NCBI GenBank assembly: GCA_963754925.1
Contig: CAVWHX010000011.1
Coordinates: 157,982-221,981, forward strand
DNA: 64,000 bases
Direction: 5' to 3'
Source: an uncultured delta proteobacterium
GTDB taxonomy: Bacteria; Myxococcota; B64-G9
The notes beneath the pieces were generated by a model. The model had not been told where the DNA came from. It made no database searches and saw nothing but the letters and a program-made list of their open reading frames with translations. The position numbers were made by a program, and so were the translations under genes. Positions 30,882 through 41,058 of this stretch are shown one piece after another. Numbering within the stretch: position 1 is the first letter of the stretch; the number at the start of each line of letters is the position of its first letter.

Positions 30882-31727
30882 TTAGTCAACCACGATAATA
30901 ACTTTGCCTTCGGTAAGATATTTTAAATTCATCTCTTTGTTTTGCAGTTTCGCAGCATCTGCATGAGAAAGAACCATACCGGTCTTGCTGTCCGCCGAAC
31001 GCTTGAGCGCTTTGATCACCAATGGCTCCGATCCCACGCGGCCATTTTTTCCGGCCGCCTCAAGATCGCGGAAATAGCCGACCACGCCACGGGCCTGCAA
31101 AGACTTCTGATCAACGAAATCAGAACTATAGAGCACCGTTCCGGATTCATCGACAACCCGTGGCGCTAGCGCCGGTATGATGCCGATACCGCGGGCGTCT
31201 ATAACCAGGCCGGTGTCATTTGGTTGTCCGGCGCCGTCCGATACCTCGGCTGTTTTTGTGCCCGGTTTGATCAATGTTGACACAACCTCGCCGTCCAGTG
31301 ATATCTGCACCACGACATCTACCCCGCCATCCGAGTAATATTTGGTCCGTAACACCTTAAAGTGCTGCGCCGCGCCCTCGATGGTTGTTCTCATTTTCTC
31401 GTCGGTCATTATTTCACTTTGGACCGTTACTTCGCTAGTGATCCGAACCCCTTTGAGCGTCTCCAAAATATTGCGGAGCGCATCGAGTTTGGCCACCCGC
31501 TCCGCCCCCAACCGGGCGACGGCAACATTTGTGGCTTTCAAGTCGGGAGCACCGCTGCCGGTGGCGGTAATGGTATGTTCGGTCCAATTTACTTGGCCAT
31601 GGCCGACGTTAAGATCCCCCTCGGTCACATCGGTCGGAGAAGACTTAGTGTCTTGGGCCAGAACGATCGCTGGAACGGCGAGCAGGTAACAAACCGCTAA
31701 CCAATACCAGGGGTTGCCACGTGTCAT
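30882..31727 (-). CDS. LPP20-like exported protein
   Basis: GQVNWTEHTITATGSG, AERVAKLDALRNILE, TGLVIDARG, PALAPRVVDESG. Confidence 0.6.
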   Translation of the reverse strand: MTRGNPWYWLAVCYLLAVPAIVLAQDTKSSPTDVTEGDLNVGHGQVNWTEHTITATGSGAPDLKATNVAVARLGAERVAKLDALRNILETLKGVRITSEVTVQSEIMTDEKMRTTIEGAAQHFKVLRTKYYSDGGVDVVVQISLDGEVVSTLIKPGTKTAEVSDGAGQPNDTGLVIDARGIGIIPALAPRVVDESGTVLYSSDFVDQKSLQARGVVGYFRDLEAAGKNGRVGSEPLVIKALKRSADSKTGMVLSHADAAKLQNKEMNLKYLTEGKVIIVVD

Positions 31728-31813
31728 AATGCCCTCCTTGAATGTGACCTCCTACCTCAAAGTTTTCGCTTTCGTATCACCGAATTGGCGGAACTGTCAA
31801 GGTGATCAATCCG

Positions 31814-33146
31814 TTAAATCCATAGGTTAAACCACATCCTCATAGCGTAAGCAGGTAACGGTATTTTAATAGCGGCCAAGACAGGATAGAAAAAGATAAA
31901 AATAACAATGCAAGCGGTCAAAAATGCCCATCGGAGTCTTTGGATCTTTATTAACACAAGAAATTTGTCGGATTCCCGGTAATGGAAGAAAAATGCGATG
32001 GCCATGCTCAGGGTCATACCGGCCGGATAATAGTAATAATAAAAGGTGAGCTTGCGGGGGATGAACGCCCAGCCAAAATAGAATGCGCCGAAGAAGCTGA
32101 GAATCAGAAACGCCTCACGATCCCTACGCGCAATCCAGGCCCACATGCAAAATAGAAGCGCTAAGAGACCGCTCCACATGATCAGAGGATTTCCGAGCAA
32201 GATCACACATCGGTAAAAACCCTCCCCTTCCTCGTCAAATGCATACCAGGTAGGCCGGATCATCAGAGGCCAACTCTGCCAGGTGCTCATGTACGGATGG
32301 GTGGTAACGATGCTGAGCTGCCCGTGCCACATCTTGAACTGCATCGTGATCACGTCGAGAATCGAATACGTTGTTTGATCGGCCTTCTGAATGAATAAAA
32401 ACGGCAGGAAGGTCAAGAAATAAACAACCATGGGCACTATCACGAATGCTAGCGCAACCTTTCCAATGCCAATCCCGCCCAGAGATTTGTCCGAATACCA
32501 ATCTTCGAGTCCTAAGAACCTATTCCAACGCCGCAAGATTTTCAGCAAGCCAATCATGAGAATCGCGCTCAGCCACGGGACCATTGCGGCCCACTTACAG
32601 GCCATGGCCAGGCCAAACATCACCCCGGCAATTAAGCACCAGGAGAACGCGTTCAGATTCTCAACCGCTTTTGACCATGCGGCGCAAAAGGCAACAAGCG
32701 CAAAAACAGTGAACGCAACCATTAAAGACGTCAAGCGTCCCGATCCGCGCCTGGACATACAAAAGTTGATTCGCAAGGGTTATAAGTGCAGCAAATAGAG
32801 CCGTCTTACGATCTCGGAACAGAACCAGGGCCCACAGATACATTCCAATCAGTGTCAGTGAACCGAAAAACGTACTCATATATCGCCAGCCGATGGGCCG
32901 ATCACCGAAAACCATAATGCCGACTGCCATCAATTCCTTGGCCAGAGGGGGATGTTCCCAATTTTGGTTTTCCTTCATCTGAATAAACTGTTTTGCTGCA
33001 GGCACATAATTGATCTCGTCGAAATTATAGTCGCTCGGATATTGTATATTCACCAAGAAAAGCCCCTGACTGAACAGAAAGAGCGCCAGACAAACAAGCA
33101 CGGTAGGGCTTCCGATCCACGCTTGATTGGTAGGGTTATCGCTCAT
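31814..33146 (-). CDS. GT39/PMT-family dolichyl-phosphate-mannose-protein mannosyltransferase-like, frameshift near 32722
   Basis: FDEINYV, EHPPLAKEL, ARIGTLDVF, HPYMSTWQSWP, LLGNPLIMW, FYYYYYPA. Confidence 0.85.
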
Positions 33147-33361
33147 ATGCTCAATCCTAGCATGAAGGAGCCTCACCATAAATTTTTACGGTCCTGATCA
33201 GTGCTGCTCAACGAATCGCGGATACGATCCGCTGGCAGTTTTTTTGAATTTTATCGGGTAGTTGTCAGACTATCCATTGTTTTTTGTTTGTTATTTGTAT
33301 CTTTGGTTTAATCGGATTCATAAAACATCTTTGTGACCGATGGGTCAAACCGCGTCTGGTA

Positions 33362-34459
33362 TTACCTGAGGGATAGATTCCCTTCAGGCGCCTCGCGGCG
33401 GATCGTCCAATCACAAGCGGCGTCAACAGGTAGATGTGACACCACCTGAGGAAAGTAAGTCGTCGTCCTGAACCAGGCCTCAAGGTCAACGGGTAGGAGC
33501 AAGAGGATGCTTGGGTCAAGGCCTTCATCCTCCAAGAGTTGTGCGGGTGTTTTAGCGCTCTTGGAGTAGTTGGGTCTGGCGAAGTTCCACCAGTGTTGGT
33601 AGATAGAGACCTTCTGGAAGAAGTCCTGTCTGGATGTAAATGGTTCGAGATCAAAGAACTCCTGTTCAATGGATGCATGGGAACTCTCGACATCGGCGTG
33701 GGCGTTTGGGGTGGCAGGGGGCAGGAAGCGGTGGATGATCCCGGCCTGCTGGATTTTGGCATGGAAGCCTCGTTCCCGCTCGTTCTTGTCATGGCCACCA
33801 TATTCGACGCCGTTGTCGGTGGACAAGATAGCACGGCGGAGGTTGACGAGATGCTTTTTCAGGTGGGTCAGCAAGCGCCGGGAGGTCATGGTGGCGTAGG
33901 TGGTGGAGAGCTCGTCGGCGTAAGAGATAAAGAGAGCACCGCTTTTGACATCACGGTGGGTGTACTGGTGTTTGGGGAGGCCGAGTTTCTTCATCTGCGG
34001 CCAGTAGGCGGGGATATCGAAGAGGGGTTTCATATCGGCCTGGAGGCGTTGGAAGCATCTGTATTTAGCTTTGATAGCCCGCAGGTCGTTTTTGCGCTGA
34101 CGCTTTTTGCGACGGCGGCCCGATAAGCCTTGCTGGCGCAGGATGCGAGCGATGGCGCCAGAGGAAGCAGTGATTCCAAACAGGTCGCGCAGGCGGCGCG
34201 GTCCGAAGCAGGGAACCTTCTTGCGTGCGTTGAGGATCTTCGCTTCTTGGTACCGGGAAGTCTTGTGGGGGCAGGTCTTGGGTCTCCGGGAGCGGTCCTG
34301 GAGTGAGGTACGACCGCCGGCGTCAAAGCGGGCACGCCATCGCCGTACGGTGTTGGGGGTGGTAGCAAAGGCACGCGCAGCGGGGCGTATGCCGTGGGTC
34401 GTGGCGTACTGCACCAACTGAAGGCGAAGCGAATATTTATGGTCTTTCGTGGTGGTCAT
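33362..34459 (-). CDS. DDE transposase (IS481-like HTH + integrase core)
   Basis: HTH GIRPAARAFATTPNTVRRWRARF, DRSRRP, QAD, TDNGVEY, DVESSH; ORF runs out of the element to a stop at 33362. Confidence 0.9.
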   Translation of the reverse strand: MTTTKDHKYSLRLQLVQYATTHGIRPAARAFATTPNTVRRWRARFDAGGRTSLQDRSRRPKTCPHKTSRYQEAKILNARKKVPCFGPRRLRDLFGITASSGAIARILRQQGLSGRRRKKRQRKNDLRAIKAKYRCFQRLQADMKPLFDIPAYWPQMKKLGLPKHQYTHRDVKSGALFISYADELSTTYATMTSRRLLTHLKKHLVNLRRAILSTDNGVEYGGHDKNERERGFHAKIQQAGIIHRFLPPATPNAHADVESSHASIEQEFFDLEPFTSRQDFFQKVSIYQHWWNFARPNYSKSAKTPAQLLEDEGLDPSILLLLPVDLEAWFRTTTYFPQVVSHLPVDAACDWTIRREAPEGNLSLR

Positions 34460-34685
34460 GGCGTAATAACTAAATGGGGTCAGGGCCGTACCTCCTTGTG
34501 ATGAAAGTCTTCGCAAACCTTCATTCAAGAGGATTTTGGTCCTGACCTCATCTCCTTTTTTGTTGCCGCGGCTTCCTTGGGGGGCTAGCCCCCCAAGGAA
34601 GCTTTCCCTTCAACATTGCCAATCCCTTGCTCCCCATGCTCCTGAGAGCAGAAAGAGGTGGTGTCAGATCTACCTGGGCTTGCCC
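33418..34685 (-). mobile_element. Complete insertion sequence (1268 bp), IS481/IS1202-like, with 16-bp direct repeats
   Basis: DR atcgtccaatcacaag at 33402-33417 and 34686-34701; 21-bp inverted repeats caggtagatgtgacaccacct (33427) / aggtggtgtcagatctacctg (34656), each 9 bp inside the DR. Confidence 0.9.
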
Positions 34686-34859
34686 ATCGTCCAATCACAA
34701 GTTACTTGCCTTTTCAAGCTACTGTGTGTTAATATTATACCAAAAGAGCGGGGGGGTTCGGCTATTCGCTGCATTTTCCAAAAGAAGCAGACATAGGCAG
34801 AGGAACGAACATCCCTCGACTAACCATAACCATGTGGGACGGTTAAGGCTCGAGGGAAG

Positions 34860-37800
34860 ATGAAATCAAAAAAACTGAAAAAGGCCAGTAAGTCTGGTTC
34901 CAAGGATGCTTCGGCCATACTACAGAAGCGGTCTGCCCCCCCTAATCAGAGAGACGTCCTCACCGAAGCCCCCCTACCGCCCGTCGGCCCGCAAAAGGCC
35001 ACAGAAGAAGATTCCACCCCGGTATCTGCCGAGTCTGCCCTGAAGGGTTTCCCTGTCGTGGGAATCGGCGCTTCGGCCGGAGGGCTAGAGGCGCTCGATC
35101 TGTTCTTGAGGCATGTGCCCAAGAACAGTGGCATGGCCTTCGTCATCATCCAGCACCTGGACCCGACCCACAAAGGCATCATGGTGGAGCTCCTGCAGCG
35201 CGCTACCTCCATGCAGGTCATCCAGGCCAAGGACCGCCTGAAAATCAAGCCGGACCACGTCTACGTGATCCCACCCAACAAGGACATGTCCATCCTGCAC
35301 GGCGTGTTGCACCTGTTCGATCCGACCGCGCCCCGGGGACTCAGGCTGCCCATCGATTTTTTCTTCCGCTCCCTGGCCGATGACCGGCACGACCATAGTA
35401 TCGGGATCATTCTTTCGGGAATGGGCACCGACGGCACGCTGGGCCTCAAGGCCATCAAGGAGAAAGCCGGCGTGGTTCTGGTGCAGGAGCCGGCCTCGGC
35501 AAAATTCGACGGCATGCCTCGCAGCGCCATAGACGCCGGGATGGCCGATGTCGTGGCCCCGGTGGAGGAGTTACCCGGAAAAATCCTCGCCTATCTCAAG
35601 CACATCCCCCTCTTCAACCGAATCGATCTTCCCCTGGAGACCAAAGCCCGTAGCGCGCTCGAGAAGATCTTCATTCTGCTCAGGGCCAAGACCGGCCACG
35701 ACTTTTCCCGGTACAAAAAGAGCACCGTCTACCGCCGGGTCGAGCGCCGAATGGGCCTCCACAACATTGATAAGATTGATACTTATGTTCGATTCTTGCG
35801 GGAGAACCCCCAGGAGTTGGAGCTTCTCTTTAAAGAGCTCTTGATCGGCGTGACCAGCTTCTTTCGCGACCCGCCGGCATGGGCGAAATTGCAGAAGGAG
35901 GTCGTCCCGGCAGTCCTGGCAAACCACCCGGGTGGTGGGGCGCTCAGGGCTTGGGTGCCCGGCTGCTCGACCGGGGAGGAAGCCTATTCTCTGGCCATGG
36001 TCTTCAAGGAGGCGCTGGCGCAGATACAGCCTGGCGAAACCTACTCACTCCAGATCTTTGCCACCGACCTGGATCCGGACGCCGTTGAAAGAGCCCGCCA
36101 GGGTGTTTATCCGAGCAACATAGCCGCGGACGTCTCAACGGAGCGCCTGGGCCGGTTCTTTGCCAAGGAAGAACACGGCTATCGGATTGGCAAGCAGATC
36201 CGCGAGATGGTGGTCTTCGCCCAGCAAGACATCGTCAAAGATCCGCCTTTCACCAAGCTCGATCTCCTATCCTGCCGGAACCTGCTTATCTACCTGGCCC
36301 CGGATTTGCAGAATATGCTCCTGCCGCTCTTTCACTACAGCCTCAATCCCGGAGGCATCCTGTTTCTGGGGAACGCCGAGACGCCGGGCACGTTGAGCGA
36401 TCTCTTTACTCCGCTGGACCGCAAAACCCGGATTTTCCGGCGACGTGAGGTCGCCCCGAAGCCAGAGCCGATCGACTTTCGCGCACCGTTCCACCCCATC
36501 CTGGCCGAGCCGGCTGACGGATGGAACCATGAAACCAAGGCGCCAAAACCCGTCTCAAACCTCCAAACGCTGACCGAACAACTGCTGCTGCAGCGCTTTT
36601 CCCCGGCGGCAGTGCTGGTCAACGACCAGGGCGATATCCTCTACATCAGCGGGCGAACCGGCAAGTATCTAGAACCGGCGGCCGGCAAGGTCAATTGGAA
36701 TGTTTTCGCCATGGCTCGCGAGGGGTTGCGCTACGAGTTGGGGAGCGCCTTCCACAAGGCGCTGCAGCAGAAGAGCGCCGTCACCCTAAGGGATGTGAAG
36801 GTGGGGACCGACGGCGGTGTGCAGACCGTGGATATCATCTTACAGCCGCTCGAAGAACCGGAAGCCTTGCGGGGAATGGTGATGATTGTCTTTACGAACG
36901 TGGCGACACCCTCCGAACCAAAATCGCGGCGCAGGAATCACAAGGTCCCCGTCGACAACGTTCGACTTTCACAGCTTATGGAGGATCTCAGACAAGCCCA
37001 GGAGGAGGCGCAGATGACCCGCGAGGAGATGCAGACCTCGCAGGAAGAGCTCAAATCCTCAAACGAGGAGCTGCAGTCCACCAATGAGGAGTTGCAGAGC
37101 ACTAACGAGGAGTTGACCACCTCCAAGGAAGAGATGCAGTCGCTCAACGAAGAGCTGCAGACGATCAACCGCGAGCTGCAGTCCAAGCTGGACGAGCTGT
37201 CGCTGGCCAACAACGACATGACAAACTTGCTCAACAGCACGGACATCGCCACGCTGTTTTTGGACGAGAAGCTCCGGGTGCGTCGCTTCACACCCCTGAC
37301 CGCAAAAGTTATCAAGCTGATCCCGGGCGACGTGGGTCGGCCCATCACCGATTTGGTCTCCGATCTCGACTACCCCGAGCTGGCCGAGGATGTACGCCAG
37401 GTGCTGAGGACGCTGGTTTTCAAGGAACTGCCCGTCGCTGCCGGTGGTGATACGTGGTTTCTGGTGCGGATCATGCCCTACCGCACTCTGGAGAACAAGA
37501 TCGACGGTGTGGTGATCACGTTCTCGGACATCACGGTCGCCAAAAAGCTCGAGCACGCCCTGCGTGAGCAGGAGGGCCAACTCCGGCAACTGGTGGAATC
37601 GCTCCCGCAGCTGGTCTGGACCAGTCGACCCGACGGCGCTTGCGATCATCTCAATCATCGCTGGGTGGAGTTCACCGGGGTCGAAGAAGCGAAGCAGCTG
37701 GGCTATGGCTGGCTCGAGCAGCTCCATCCGGAGGATCGCGAGCGCGTCAAGCTAGCGTGGAGCGAGGCCATTGGGGCCGTGGCGCGCTTCGACTTGGATT

Positions 37801-38000
37801 TTCGCATCCGGAGTCGGGACGGCGCGTACCGCTGGTTTAGGTCGCACGCCGTTCCGATCCGAGACATGCAGGGAAAGCTTCTGAAATGGTACGGGTCCAA
37901 CACCGAAATCGATGACATCAAACTGCAAAGACGACGGCATGAGAATGCGAAGAATGCCTCCGTGCCATGGCCTGAAAAGAAGTGGAGGGATAGGCCATGA
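34860..38000 (+). CDS. CheB methylesterase-CheR methyltransferase-PAS fusion
   Basis: GIGASAGG, QH, LSGMGTDG (CheB); GVTSFFRD, GCSTGEEAYS, CRNLLIY (CheR); NEELQS coiled-coil repeats; PAS domains. Confidence 0.93.
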   Translation: MKSKKLKKASKSGSKDASAILQKRSAPPNQRDVLTEAPLPPVGPQKATEEDSTPVSAESALKGFPVVGIGASAGGLEALDLFLRHVPKNSGMAFVIIQHLDPTHKGIMVELLQRATSMQVIQAKDRLKIKPDHVYVIPPNKDMSILHGVLHLFDPTAPRGLRLPIDFFFRSLADDRHDHSIGIILSGMGTDGTLGLKAIKEKAGVVLVQEPASAKFDGMPRSAIDAGMADVVAPVEELPGKILAYLKHIPLFNRIDLPLETKARSALEKIFILLRAKTGHDFSRYKKSTVYRRVERRMGLHNIDKIDTYVRFLRENPQELELLFKELLIGVTSFFRDPPAWAKLQKEVVPAVLANHPGGGALRAWVPGCSTGEEAYSLAMVFKEALAQIQPGETYSLQIFATDLDPDAVERARQGVYPSNIAADVSTERLGRFFAKEEHGYRIGKQIREMVVFAQQDIVKDPPFTKLDLLSCRNLLIYLAPDLQNMLLPLFHYSLNPGGILFLGNAETPGTLSDLFTPLDRKTRIFRRREVAPKPEPIDFRAPFHPILAEPADGWNHETKAPKPVSNLQTLTEQLLLQRFSPAAVLVNDQGDILYISGRTGKYLEPAAGKVNWNVFAMAREGLRYELGSAFHKALQQKSAVTLRDVKVGTDGGVQTVDIILQPLEEPEALRGMVMIVFTNVATPSEPKSRRRNHKVPVDNVRLSQLMEDLRQAQEEAQMTREEMQTSQEELKSSNEELQSTNEELQSTNEELTTSKEEMQSLNEELQTINRELQSKLDELSLANNDMTNLLNSTDIATLFLDEKLRVRRFTPLTAKVIKLIPGDVGRPITDLVSDLDYPELAEDVRQVLRTLVFKELPVAAGGDTWFLVRIMPYRTLENKIDGVVITFSDITVAKKLEHALREQEGQLRQLVESLPQLVWTSRPDGACDHLNHRWVEFTGVEEAKQLGYGWLEQLHPEDRERVKLAWSEAIGAVARFDLDFRIRSRDGAYRWFRSHAVPIRDMQGKLLKWYGSNTEIDDIKLQRRRHENAKNASVPWPEKKWRDRP

Positions 38001-39901
38001 AAAAGAATCGGGACACTCAAGCGGACGCTGCCGGACTACGTCGCCGGGCAGAGAGGCGATTGCGCGGGAAGGACAGAAGTCATGGTCCGGAAGTTTATGG
38101 GCCGAGCAGATCGAAAGATGCGCAGCGGCTCGTCCACGAGCTGCAGGTTCATCAGATCGAGCTTCAGATGCAGAACGAGGAGCTCCTGCGGGCGCGACGG
38201 GAGGTCGAGGCAGGGTTGGAACGGTACACCGATCTCTACGATTTCGCGCCGGTGGGTTACTTCACCCTCGATCGCGATGGGGCCATCCGGCAGGTGAACC
38301 TGACGGGGGCGCGTCTGCTGGGACAAGAGCGTTCTCAATTGGGGCTTCGTCGCTTTGGTGCGTTCGTCTCCCGAGCCGACCTGCCCGCCTTCAACGTCTT
38401 TCTGGCGAAGGTTTTTGAGAGCCGAGCCAAAGAGAGTTGCGAGCTGTCGCTTATGAAAGAAAAAGAAGGGGATGACCTACCGTGGCATCACCTCGTAGCA
38501 CGCATCGAGGCCACCACCACCGATGATCGGAAGGAATGCCGCGCTGTGGTGGTGGACATCACCGAGCGCTGGCGAGCGGAAGAGGAGAAGAGAAAGCTTG
38601 AGGCCAAGATGCAGCAGGCCCAGAAGCTCGAAAGTCTTGGGATACTGGCCGGTGGCATCGCCCATGACTTCAACAACTTACTGATGGGAGTCCTCGGTAA
38701 TGTAGAGTTGATTCTGCTCGAACTTCCGCCAAAATCCTTTCAGCGCAAGTACCTAACCAATATTAAAACGGCGGCAGCACGAATGGCCGATATCGCCAAG
38801 CAGATGCTGGATTACACGGGAAAGGGCACCTGCCTGGCCGCACCGCTGAATCTGTCCGATCTGGTGGCGGAAATGGCCAGCCTGTTGGAAGTCTCCCTCC
38901 CGAAGAAGGTCGCCTTGAAGCTTGACTTGATGCCCGATCTACCCGCCATCAAGGCCGACAGCAACCAAATACGCCAGATCGTCTTGAACCTGGTCATCAA
39001 TGCCACCGAGGCCATCGAAAACCAAACTGGGCTCGTCACCATCCACACGGGGTATGTGAAGGCCCATCAAGGCTATTTGAACCAGTTGCAGTGGCGCGAT
39101 GATCTTCGGGAAGGCCCGTATACCTATCTGGAGGTCTCGGACACCGGATGCGGTATGACCCAGGACGTAATGGGAAAAATCTTCGATCCTTTTTTCACGA
39201 CGAAATTCACGGGTCGGGGTCTGGGATTGGCCGCGTTGCAAGGCATTATTCAAAGTCACCAGGGGGCCATCGACGTTCACAGCGAACCGGGCAAAGGATC
39301 AACCTTCAGGATTCTTTTTCCGGGCGCAGAGCAAACCATGTCGTCGGTGGTATCCAAACCAGCGCCGGCGCCGATATACCATGGTGCGCAGCAGGCCGTG
39401 CTGATAGTCGACGATGAAGAGGCCGTGCGAACAGTTACCGCTCGCTTGCTCGAGAAAGATGGGTACTTCGTATTGACGGCCAGGGATGGGGAAGAAGCAT
39501 TGAGGCTCATCAGCGCGCGCCCCCAGGACATCGATGTGGTACTGCTCGATCTGAGCATGCCCATGATGGACGGCGTTGAGACGTTCGGCAAGATTCGAGA
39601 GATCCGCTCGGGCCTTCCGATCATCCTATCCAGTGCTTACAACGAGGAGGAGGCCACCCGCGCTTTCGCGGGTAAGGGGCTTTCGGGCTTCATTCAGAAG
39701 CCCTACCAAATCGAAGCCCTTTTGAAAAAACTTCAGGAGGTAAGCGTTGGTCACAAACGATGTTCTTCGCCGAAACAAATCCAGCAAAAAGAGACAACGA
39801 TTACCGAAGAACCTGAAGAACAGATGTTTGAGTCCATACTCGATGTTCTCGGAGGCCTGGGCGAGCTCTCATCACTGTCCACCACCTCTCGTCCGCACTG
39901 A
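37997..39901 (+). CDS. PAS hybrid sensor histidine kinase / response regulator
   Basis: LVHELQVHQIEL, PAS, AGGIAHDFNN H-box (His intact), DTGCGM, FFTTKFTGRGLGL, receiver VDD...LLD...KP; ATGA overlap with cheBR. Confidence 0.93.
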   Translation: MKKNRDTQADAAGLRRRAERRLRGKDRSHGPEVYGPSRSKDAQRLVHELQVHQIELQMQNEELLRARREVEAGLERYTDLYDFAPVGYFTLDRDGAIRQVNLTGARLLGQERSQLGLRRFGAFVSRADLPAFNVFLAKVFESRAKESCELSLMKEKEGDDLPWHHLVARIEATTTDDRKECRAVVVDITERWRAEEEKRKLEAKMQQAQKLESLGILAGGIAHDFNNLLMGVLGNVELILLELPPKSFQRKYLTNIKTAAARMADIAKQMLDYTGKGTCLAAPLNLSDLVAEMASLLEVSLPKKVALKLDLMPDLPAIKADSNQIRQIVLNLVINATEAIENQTGLVTIHTGYVKAHQGYLNQLQWRDDLREGPYTYLEVSDTGCGMTQDVMGKIFDPFFTTKFTGRGLGLAALQGIIQSHQGAIDVHSEPGKGSTFRILFPGAEQTMSSVVSKPAPAPIYHGAQQAVLIVDDEEAVRTVTARLLEKDGYFVLTARDGEEALRLISARPQDIDVVLLDLSMPMMDGVETFGKIREIRSGLPIILSSAYNEEEATRAFAGKGLSGFIQKPYQIEALLKKLQEVSVGHKRCSSPKQIQQKETTITEEPEEQMFESILDVLGGLGELSSLSTTSRPH

Positions 39902-40045
39902 GAATATCTCGTTTTTTATCTAGACACCCTGCCCTATTCAGGTTTGAAATCGTACATCTTTCAGCCGATGGGCCGGTCGCCAAAGAGCCTGTTTTTTTGA
40001 ATCGGTAAAGCTTTTAAGGTATTCTTTTGAACGGAGGTCAGCTCC

Positions 40046-40687
40046 ATGGCCGATTGCCTAAACTGCCACCAGCCGATGCCCGACACGGCCGCCGCCTGTC
40101 CCCGGTGCGGCGCCGATGTGGAGAAGATGCGCGCGATTCTCGCTCCCCGCGATGCCTCCTATGCCCCACGGGGGCGGCCCTCGGCTACCGTAGGCAAAAC
40201 CGCAGCGCGATCCTTCCCGGTGGCGCCGGTGGTACTTCTGCTTGCGGCGGTCGGTGTGGTGGCGTACCTGCTCATGCCCACGACCAAGGAGTTCCCCCAG
40301 GTTACCCTCCCGCCGGCAAAGGCCAACACCCAGGGCACGGATCCCTGTCTATACAAAGAGAAGTGTGTAATCATCTACATGGCACCGTGGTGCCCATACT
40401 GCCGACGTACGATCCCGGTCGTTCAAGAGATGGTCGAGCACTTCAAGGACTCGAGCCAGGTCGGAGTCAAGGTCGTTATCGGCAACGATGTGAGGGGCAA
40501 TCTCGAGGAGATGGCCGAGAAAGTCGGCACCAACACCTTCCTCGACCCCGATGGCGCCCTATGGAAGGCGGTTGGCGCCAAGAGTGTGCCCTGCTGGTTC
40601 GTGGTAAACACAGCCGGCAAGCAAGTTGCCGAGCTGAGCGGATTCGGACCGATGGCGGCCATTCTGAAGAAGCTCGAGCTCCCGTGA
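40046..40687 (+). CDS. Zinc-ribbon + TM + thioredoxin-fold protein
   Basis: CLNC...CPRC, hydrophobic helix, APWCPYC, cis-Pro SVP; GGAGG RBS. Confidence 0.75.
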   Translation: MADCLNCHQPMPDTAAACPRCGADVEKMRAILAPRDASYAPRGRPSATVGKTAARSFPVAPVVLLLAAVGVVAYLLMPTTKEFPQVTLPPAKANTQGTDPCLYKEKCVIIYMAPWCPYCRRTIPVVQEMVEHFKDSSQVGVKVVIGNDVRGNLEEMAEKVGTNTFLDPDGALWKAVGAKSVPCWFVVNTAGKQVAELSGFGPMAAILKKLELP

Positions 40688-41058
40688 AGCTTCAGACTCT
40701 TTAGCCCTCCTTAGACTCTAAAAACTATCCTCGTTGGAATTAAAAAGATTATCATCGTGTCTTTGTGTCTTTGAATCAGGGTCACGTTTTCCCCGATAGG
40801 CATAGAGCTAGGGCTGAACAGCAAACTTCAGGAACGGGCGATTCTCCGTCTTACGTTGTCCTGGTAACGAAACGACTTAGGTTGTAGGTGTAAGTATTAC
40901 GAATATAACGATAAACTACATTGACAAGGTAATAGTCGGGGGGCATGTTAACCTTGTGTTTAACAAAAGTTGCTATGGTAAACCGGTGAAGCGAAATTGG
41001 TACTAACTATATGATAATATTATACTTTAACAACATCATCTCGTTCGGGAGGTGCTCA

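Noticed and set aside
37020..37200. 21-bp periodic repeats
   Set aside because: Ordinary NEELQS(T) heptad coiled coil of CheB-CheR fusions, not a CRISPR or independent repeat
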